NCBI GenBank assembly: GCA_963668695.2
Contig: CAXXLQ010000004.1
Location: forward strand, 2,912,001-2,976,000
From: Vicinamibacteria bacterium
GTDB taxonomy: Bacteria; Acidobacteriota; Vicinamibacteria; Marinacidobacterales; Marinacidobacteraceae
Direction: 5' to 3'
Length of the DNA: 64,000 nt
The translations under genes were made by a program, and so were the position numbers. The notes under the pieces were generated by a model. That model did not search any database. It was not told where the DNA came from and saw only the letters and a list, made by a program, of their open reading frames with translations. Position 1 is the stretch's first letter. The number at the start of each line of letters is the position of its first letter. Of this stretch, positions 57,768 through 64,000 are shown piece by piece.

Positions 57768-58183
57768 CAGCCTGTGGTGAAACCCAGGCGGCGTTCGGCC
57801 GGCGATCCATCCCGGCCAAACAACCGGTAGTGAAACCCACGCGGCGTTCGGCCGGCGATCCATCCCGGCTGAACCGCGCCGCTTCGCGCCGCTCATCGTT
57901 GCGTTTCGGTCGCAAAACACCCGGGCCAGTTCTCCCGGTGGGGGCTCCTCCCTCACGCGCCTTGTCAGCCGGGCGCCTGACCGGCCTCGGCGCTCACGTG
58001 GGTTCCACCACCGGCTGTTCACCGCGCCGCTTCGCGCCGCTCATCGTTGCGTTTCGGTCGCAATACACCCGGGCCAGTTCTCCCGGTGGGGGCTCCTCCC
58101 TCACGCGCCTTGTCAGCCGGACCCCCACCGGGAGAACTGGGCCTCACCGGCCTCGGCGCTCACCCGGGTTCCACCACAGGCTG
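57768..58183 (+). mobile_element. Nested MITE (two left ends, two cores and right ends) with an exact TTAA duplication
   Basis: TTAA|CAGCCTGTGG...CCACAGGCTG|TTAA; inner copy at 57821-58017. Confidence 0.9.
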
Positions 58184-58186
58184 TTA

Positions 58187-59191
58187 ATGAAGGTCGGCTG
58201 GCTGGCTGCCTCCGGTCTGGTTCTCGGTTCCTGCGGTGGGAGCGGCGGCCCCCCGACCGCCCCGCCCACGGTGCCCTCCACGCCTCCGGCTTCCGCCAGC
58301 GTACGGGGGGTCCTTACGAAGACCGTGGAAGGCGGCCCCGTCGTCGGCGCCACGCTGAGCGCCAGCGGGATCACAGCGCGTTCGGGACCCGACGGATCGT
58401 TTGCTCTTGACCTGCCCGATGGGACGCATCGCCTTACGGTGTCCGGCCCCGGCATGGTCGAGCGCACCACCACAATCCGGGCGCCCTCGTCGGCCGTCGC
58501 GCTCGACGTGGTCCCCGACCCCGAAAACGGACCGTGGAACCTCGACTTCTACCGGGAGATCGCCCGCAACGGATCCGGGGGCGGAAAGCTTGAACCGCTC
58601 ACCCGTTGGGATTCCGAGCCGACCTTCTTCATCGATACCCGACCCGAGCCCACCACCAACGCGGAGATCCCGGAAGAGACGATCGAGTTCGTAAGGGAAG
58701 CGATCCGGGTCACCGTTCCCTTGCTCAGCGGAGGCCGGTACACGGCGGAACGCATCGTCGCAACGCGGGAGCCGCCCGAGGACATGACGCCCGGGACCGT
58801 CATCCTGCGTTGGAACGCCGCCGACGTCGCCAGGTTTGCGGACAATGCGGACGCATTCGCCAAACAGGTAGGAGGTTCGGAAAACGTGGTCGTATTCCGG
58901 CACATTCCCGAGACTTGGGCGGTCCACCACGAGATTGGCCACGTGATGGGCCTCTACCACCCACTGGACGGTCTGCGGCCGTCTCATATGTGGTATTCGG
59001 GCCACCTCGAGCCGCCGCACTTCACCAAGTGGGACATCTTCCACGCCCAGGTGCTCTACTCGCGCCCGGCGGGCAACGTGGACGTGGACGTGGATCCGGC
59101 CGGATTCGTCGTCGGCGGGCAGGCCGCTATGGTCAAACCGGCAGCCGGACCGGTGGTGTGTTCCTTTCCGGACCCAAAACCTCGACGCTGA
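58187..59191 (+). CDS. Lipoprotein with a carboxypeptidase-regulatory-like domain and a metzincin-like peptidase domain
   Basis: MKVGWLAASGLVLGSC lipobox; Pro-rich linker; HEIGHVMGLYH (HExxHxxGxxH) and SHMWY Met-turn. Confidence 0.8.
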   Translation: MKVGWLAASGLVLGSCGGSGGPPTAPPTVPSTPPASASVRGVLTKTVEGGPVVGATLSASGITARSGPDGSFALDLPDGTHRLTVSGPGMVERTTTIRAPSSAVALDVVPDPENGPWNLDFYREIARNGSGGGKLEPLTRWDSEPTFFIDTRPEPTTNAEIPEETIEFVREAIRVTVPLLSGGRYTAERIVATREPPEDMTPGTVILRWNAADVARFADNADAFAKQVGGSENVVVFRHIPETWAVHHEIGHVMGLYHPLDGLRPSHMWYSGHLEPPHFTKWDIFHAQVLYSRPAGNVDVDVDPAGFVVGGQAAMVKPAAGPVVCSFPDPKPRR

Positions 59192-59209
59192 CCGAACTTT
59201 GCGCTCGGC

Positions 59210-60844
59210 TCAGCGCACGAGCAGGTTCCGGGCGCGGCGGTCCGCCGCCGGACTCTCGAGAGCGGACAGGAGCCACCCGCCGAAGTCCGGCCCGTAGCGG
59301 TTCGCGAATACGAGCGGGCTGAGCCTTCGCTCCTGCGGCGTGCCCCCGGGGAAGAGAACGTTTCGGGCGCGCAGGAAGCGCTGCCGGCGTTCTTCGTCCC
59401 GGCGCTTTGCGGCACGGACGCTCTTGGCTTCCAGATCCGTGACGATCGCGAGCACCTTCCCCCGGGCACGCCGGGCCGCCGCGGTCAGACTCTGGTCCAC
59501 CGCCCCGACGGTCCGCTCGATGTCTTCGAACGACGAGTTGAGAGCGTCCTTGGTGTCGGCGAAGGCCGCGACCGCAGCCGGGTCGGCAGCGCGCCGGTTG
59601 AGCGCGGCTTCGTCGCTGGCCGAAAGCTCATCGAAATCGATGCCGTCCCGATCCAGCACCCGCAGTTGCGACTGCGTCAGGATCGCAACCTGATGACGAG
59701 GGATGATCAGGGGTCGCGGGATCCGGTGGAGGTCGTAGAGGTCGCCCATCTGCGCGTGATAGGCGATTTCTGAGGGTCCGCCCACATACATCGCTGTCGG
59801 CAGCAGGAAATCCTGGACCAGCGGCCGCAGTAACACGGCCGCGCTCAGACGTTCCACGCAGCCTCCGAGAACCGCTTCTGGACGGCCCCCGGCGGAGTCC
59901 GTGCGGACCCGGGTCCGCACCCCGGTAGCCCCGGTGCAAAAGACCCCGTAGCCCTCCGCCGCGGCCTGTCCGTGAAACCCGATCTCCTCGATCTCGCGGG
60001 TTCGGGCCTCGATCTGGCGGCGGCCCTCGGCTTCGTGCCGGACCGCGGCCTCGAACACCGGAAAGGCGAGCCGCTTCAGGTCCGGCGCCGTCGGGTCCAT
60101 CACGACGAGCCCCGATCCCCGGGAGAGATGCAGCAGCAGGCGCCCGAACGCTTCGAGGAGGGAGCGGCCCGGCGCGTAGCTATCCTCGACCGCGGCGTAG
60201 AGGTCGGCCGAGTATTCCGTTTCGGGCAGGATCTGCCGGAGTTCTCGGTGCAGGTCGAGAACGGAGCCGTCGAGGATGCGGCGGAAGGCGGGTAAGCCGA
60301 GGTGTTCGTCTTCGGGCTGGTAGCGGAAACTGTGCGGGACCCCGGCGGCGTCCAGTACCCAGGCGCCCCGAATCTCTTCGAAGTTGTGATCGTCGCCCTC
60401 GATCCAGAAGACGGCGACGGCCGGCTGCCCGGTCTGAGCTTCCAGTTCACGCGCGGCCGCGACCGTGGACATGGCCTTGATGAGCGAATAGAGGGGACCG
60501 CCGAACAGTCCGGGTTGCTGGCCGGTGACGACTGCGAGGGTTTCGGGCCTGGCGAGCCGTTCCGCGGAAGCGAGTGCGCCGGCGTCGGCGCCCCAGGCCC
60601 GGTTGGTGGCGCCGATTACCTCAGCGGCGCGGGTCCGGGTGGGGTCGGCAGGTCGCGCGGTTCCGGCCCGCGCGAACGCGCCTGGCGTGAAGGGATCGGG
60701 AAGAAGCTCCCCAAAACGCCGCGGGTCGCGGGTCCAGGCGTCGAAGAAGGTGCCGGGGCGGACCCGAAGCGTGCGCAGCGGGCCGGCGGCGTCACCGGGA
60801 ACGGTCGGCGTGCTCCCCTTGAAAAGAGTTCCCGTAGCGTTCAT
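59210..60844 (-). CDS. bshC: Bacillithiol biosynthesis cysteine-adding enzyme
   Basis: VVTGQQPGLFGGPLY, FWIEGDDHNFEE, LLRPLVQD, YVGGPSEIAY and PQER. Confidence 0.9.
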   Translation of the reverse strand: MNATGTLFKGSTPTVPGDAAGPLRTLRVRPGTFFDAWTRDPRRFGELLPDPFTPGAFARAGTARPADPTRTRAAEVIGATNRAWGADAGALASAERLARPETLAVVTGQQPGLFGGPLYSLIKAMSTVAAARELEAQTGQPAVAVFWIEGDDHNFEEIRGAWVLDAAGVPHSFRYQPEDEHLGLPAFRRILDGSVLDLHRELRQILPETEYSADLYAAVEDSYAPGRSLLEAFGRLLLHLSRGSGLVVMDPTAPDLKRLAFPVFEAAVRHEAEGRRQIEARTREIEEIGFHGQAAAEGYGVFCTGATGVRTRVRTDSAGGRPEAVLGGCVERLSAAVLLRPLVQDFLLPTAMYVGGPSEIAYHAQMGDLYDLHRIPRPLIIPRHQVAILTQSQLRVLDRDGIDFDELSASDEAALNRRAADPAAVAAFADTKDALNSSFEDIERTVGAVDQSLTAAARRARGKVLAIVTDLEAKSVRAAKRRDEERRQRFLRARNVLFPGGTPQERRLSPLVFANRYGPDFGGWLLSALESPAADRRARNLLVR

Positions 60845-61440
60845 GGAGTTACCCGCCCGATCCGGCGCCAGGGGAAGACCCGGAAAACGGCTTCGCCGAT
60901 GATGGCGTCCCTGGACACCGTTCCCCAATGGCGGCTGTCGCTGCTCCCGCTCCGGTTGTCGCCGAGCACGAAGTAATCCCCGGCTTCGAGTGCCACCGAT
61001 ACCGCTCCCGGGCCATCCACCGCACGCGGGGCCTCGGCCCCGGAGGCGTTCGCCACCGGGGTCATGGCCTCCCGGAGCGCGCTCGCCGCGTCGGATCCCG
61101 GAAACACCTGAACATGATTGCCCGAAAACCGCACCGTATCTCCCGGCACCCCGATCACCCGCTTCACCATCACGGTGTCTTCGTCGGATGGATCATGAAA
61201 GAGGACGACATCGTCACGGGCGATGGAAGAGAGGCGGACGCCCAGCTTGTTCACCAGCACCCGCTCCCCGGAGCGGAGCGTAGGCGCCATGCTCGACCCC
61301 TGGATGCGGTACACCTGCGCACCGTACGCCAGCAAGACCCAGGCCGTGGCGCCGGCGATCGCCGCGGTACGGAGAAACCGCCACCGCGGCCGGAGGTTGC
61401 CCTTCGGCGCGATTCCGGAAGCCTCTGACATCCCGGTCAC
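60841..61440 (-). CDS. lepB: Signal peptidase I
   Basis: SSMAPTL, VKRVIGVPGD and GDNRSGSSDSRHWG. Confidence 0.92.
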   Translation of the reverse strand: MTGMSEASGIAPKGNLRPRWRFLRTAAIAGATAWVLLAYGAQVYRIQGSSMAPTLRSGERVLVNKLGVRLSSIARDDVVLFHDPSDEDTVMVKRVIGVPGDTVRFSGNHVQVFPGSDAASALREAMTPVANASGAEAPRAVDGPGAVSVALEAGDYFVLGDNRSGSSDSRHWGTVSRDAIIGEAVFRVFPWRRIGRVTP

Positions 61441-63347
61441 ATCCGTTCGGGAACGGGAATGCCAAGGAGCGCGAGCCCCTGTCGATGCTGGGTCAGAAAT
61501 GTCTCCACTGCGTAGGTTCGCAGCAACCGTTTGGTGGGATCCGGCTCACCGGCGATGCGGTAGCGCTCGTAGAAGCCATTGAAACGCTGCGCTCCTTCGA
61601 AGGCCCAGCGGGCGAGGACCTGCGGGTCTTCGCCGGCGGCGGCCGCCGCGGCCGTTTCCCGGAGTTCGAGCGCCCCCCGGAGAAGGATCCAGAGGTCGGC
61701 TGCTTCTTCGGGGTCCAGTTCGGCGAGGCGTTCGTTGAACCCCTCCGGCGGCAGGGGACACACGTCCGGCGCGGCACGCTCGAGCCGCGCGAGGATTTTC
61801 GCGGCCCGCACCGCCGCGTACTGCAGGTACGGCCCGGTGGCCCCTTCGAGGCTGAGGGCCTCCTTGAGATCAAAGACGATGAGCTGATTCTTGGTCACCC
61901 GCACCATCCGGTAGCGCAGCGCGCCGACCGCGATCGCCAGCGCCACGGACCTTTGCTCTTTCGCAGGAACGTCAGGATTCCGCGCTGCGACTTCTTCGGT
62001 CGCCCGTTCGAGGAGCGCGTCGAGGAAGTCATCGGCCTTGACTCCGACCCCCTTGCGGCCGGAAACCTCCACTGCACCGGCTCCCGGGGCGGCCACCAGA
62101 CCGAGCGCCTCCACCGTGGCCGGCGTCAGCGCCACTATTTCGTACGACAAATGGCGGGTTCGGGCCCGGTCGACTTCGGAGGTCAGCCGGGCCACGGCTT
62201 CCTGGACGACCTGTTGGGGGTAGGACTGCCGGGCGTCGATCACGTGATGGACGAGCGCCGCCGACCCGAAGCTCGGAGCGTCGGCATCGCCGGGCTCGGT
62301 GGTGCTGATCCAGGCGCGCCGGCCGTCGGGATACTCGTAGAACCGGCGCCAGCGGAAGTCGCGATCCAGGAGACCGAGCTGCCACAGCTGGTAGGCGATG
62401 TCCTTGCCCACGTACGTCACGGTGGCGTTGGAGCGAACGATGACCTTTTCGCCGTCCTGGGCCAGATCGGTATCCATCACCCAGCAGCCGCGGTTCTTGC
62501 CGGACTCGCTCAGGCGGATGGCGCCCCGGTCCCGCAGCAACTCGAAGGCGCGTTCCCAGAAGTGGAGGTGAAGGATCGACTTCTCACACGGCAAGAGGTC
62601 GTAGCGGACCCCGATCCGTTCCATGGTTTCGAGGTGCCGGTGCGCGATGGCGTCTGCCACGATGGCGCCCATCTCCGCCCAGGGCTCTTCGCCGTGCTCG
62701 AGGCCGTGGAGCGCCTCCTGGCGAGCGGCGCGCCCTTTCGGATCCTCCTCGACCCAGCGGGACACCTGGGTGTAGAGATCCCAGCACAGATAGTCGAAGC
62801 GTGGTTTTGCTACGAGGCGTCGCACCTCCTGCGCATCCAACCCCCGAAGTCGAAGGAATCCGAGGACTACATCCGCGACCTGTACTCCAGTGTCGTCGAT
62901 GTAGGTCTGAACCTCGATCCGGTGCCCCAGATACCTGAGGATGCGGGCAAAGGCGTCACCGAGGGTGGCGTTTCTCAGATGGCCGATGTGGGCCGCCTTG
63001 TTCGGGTTGATGCTGGTGTGTTCGACGACGTGGACCCCTGGGGGGGCCTGGGCGCCTGCTCCGGCAAGGGTGTGCCGGATCCACATTTCCCGGTTCAGAA
63101 AGACATTGACGTACCCGGGACCGGCCACTTCCACCCTCCGGACCTCGGGCCGCTCCGAGAGCGCCTCCGCGAGGGTCTCCGCGATCTCTCGGGGGGGACG
63201 CCGCAGGTGGCGCGCCAATCCGAACGCAGCGGGGAACGCGAGGTCCCCCTGATCCGGTGACGGGGGAATCTCGGACACCACCGGGAAGTCCGGCGCTCCC
63301 GCGTTGGCGGCGATTTCGCGGATGACTTCCTCAAGCGCGGCGAACAT
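61437..63347 (-). CDS. argS: Arginine--tRNA ligase
   Basis: EHTSINPNKAAHIGHLRN, KDIAY, SGRKG and GPYLQYA. Confidence 0.95.
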   Translation of the reverse strand: MFAALEEVIREIAANAGAPDFPVVSEIPPSPDQGDLAFPAAFGLARHLRRPPREIAETLAEALSERPEVRRVEVAGPGYVNVFLNREMWIRHTLAGAGAQAPPGVHVVEHTSINPNKAAHIGHLRNATLGDAFARILRYLGHRIEVQTYIDDTGVQVADVVLGFLRLRGLDAQEVRRLVAKPRFDYLCWDLYTQVSRWVEEDPKGRAARQEALHGLEHGEEPWAEMGAIVADAIAHRHLETMERIGVRYDLLPCEKSILHLHFWERAFELLRDRGAIRLSESGKNRGCWVMDTDLAQDGEKVIVRSNATVTYVGKDIAYQLWQLGLLDRDFRWRRFYEYPDGRRAWISTTEPGDADAPSFGSAALVHHVIDARQSYPQQVVQEAVARLTSEVDRARTRHLSYEIVALTPATVEALGLVAAPGAGAVEVSGRKGVGVKADDFLDALLERATEEVAARNPDVPAKEQRSVALAIAVGALRYRMVRVTKNQLIVFDLKEALSLEGATGPYLQYAAVRAAKILARLERAAPDVCPLPPEGFNERLAELDPEEAADLWILLRGALELRETAAAAAAGEDPQVLARWAFEGAQRFNGFYERYRIAGEPDPTKRLLRTYAVETFLTQHRQGLALLGIPVPERM

Positions 63348-63390
63348 CGGCGCGGAGTCTAGTGGCTGGACCGGGCCGGCCCCGATCTAA

Positions 63391-63660
63391 CAACCTATGG
63401 TGAAACCCAGGCGGCCCAGTTCTCCCGGTGGGGGCTCGCCCGGCGATGCATCCCGGCTGAACCACTCCGCTTTGCTCCATTCTGCGTTGCGTTTCGGTCG
63501 AAATACACCCGGGCCAGTTCTCCCGGTGGGGGCTCCTCCCTCACGCGCCTTGTCAGCCGGGCCCCCACCGGGAGGACTGGCCCCACCGGGAGAACTGGGC
63601 CTCGCCCCCACCGGGAGGACTGGCCGGGCTCGGCGCTCACCCGGGTTCCACCACAGGCTG
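63391..63660 (+). mobile_element. MITE copy upstream of argS with five 18-bp inserts
   Basis: CTAA|CAACCTATGG...CCACAGGCTG|TTAG. Confidence 0.87.
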
Positions 63661-63688
63661 TTAGTGCCTGGTGTCGCGCCGGCGGAAG

Positions 63689-64000
63689 CTACTTGCGGCC
63701 TTCCGGACCGTTCGATGGTTCGTAAGGTCCGTAATAGCCTCGTCGGGCTCGGACTTCGACCTCGTCATGCCCCGGTGCGGTTACTTCCACCTCGATGCGC
63801 CGGTAGCGGCCCTCTCGCCGGGTATTCGAGGAGACATAACCGATCGTGTACTGGCTGTAGAGCTCGTTCAGGATGCGGTCGTAGAGTTCGTCGAGCTTCT
63901 CGAGAGAGGACGCGAACGCGTAGGAACCGCCGCTGGCCTCGGCGATCGCACGCAGGAAGCGGGCGTTTTGGAATACCTCGGCTTGCCTCGCGCGATCTCC
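63689..64000 (-). CDS. C-terminus of an acidobacterial VWFA-related domain protein (partial; absent from the ORF track)
   Basis: Manual translation: ...LRAIAEASGG...ILNELYSQYTIGYVSSN..REGRYRRIEVEV...VRARRGYY...K*. Confidence 0.8.
   Translation of the reverse strand, partial: GDRARQAEVFQNARFLRAIAEASGGSYAFASSLEKLDELYDRILNELYSQYTIGYVSSNTRREGRYRRIEVEVTAPGHDEVEVRARRGYYGPYEPSNGPEGRK

Noticed and set aside
56075-59191. 1038-aa ORF in the track
   Set aside because: It is a chance stop-free frame over metH antisense, the symporter (other frame) and a MITE; only 58187-59191 looks like protein
1-64000. tRNA, rRNA, prophage, retron/RT or other defence genes
   Set aside because: None recognised; vapBC is the only toxin module seen

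Overview
This is a high-GC bacterial chromosomal window, most likely from Acidobacteriota. That is inferred from the acidobacterial VWFA-type C-terminus at the right edge, the argS-lepB-bshC block and the pilin architecture. It carries housekeeping genes (leuA-orf-leuCD, tag, accBC, thiE, folD, coaE, kdsC, pyrG, ubiE/menG, tatA/B-tatC, an S41 protease, msrA, metH, argS). It also carries a dispersed type IV pilus system (pilMNOPQ; pilT-pilC-pilA-ABC/permease/TPR-pilD-pilV/X/Y1/W; no pilB seen), a vapBC pair, an IS4-family element and several frameshifted genes. The most unusual signal is non-coding. About 12 copies or remnants of a modular MITE-like element (ends CAGCC(T/G)GTGG...CCAC(A/C)GGCTG, mostly at YTAR-like sites, often stop codons) appear to nest into themselves. 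They are studded with about 24 copies of a fixed 18-bp unit (CCAGTTCTCCCGGTGGGG) at four different internal positions, in both orientations, sometimes in tandem. One copy sits in an unrelated CTAG-flanked element, which suggests an independently inserted micro-element. Other leads are a shared ECF-sigma-like promoter architecture on the pilus operons, a probable +1 frameshift in the IS4 transposase, a 12x18-bp perfect repeat in TatA/B, and a candidate hydroxylysine catabolic operon. All calls were made by eye from the sequence and ORF track; no database searches were run.
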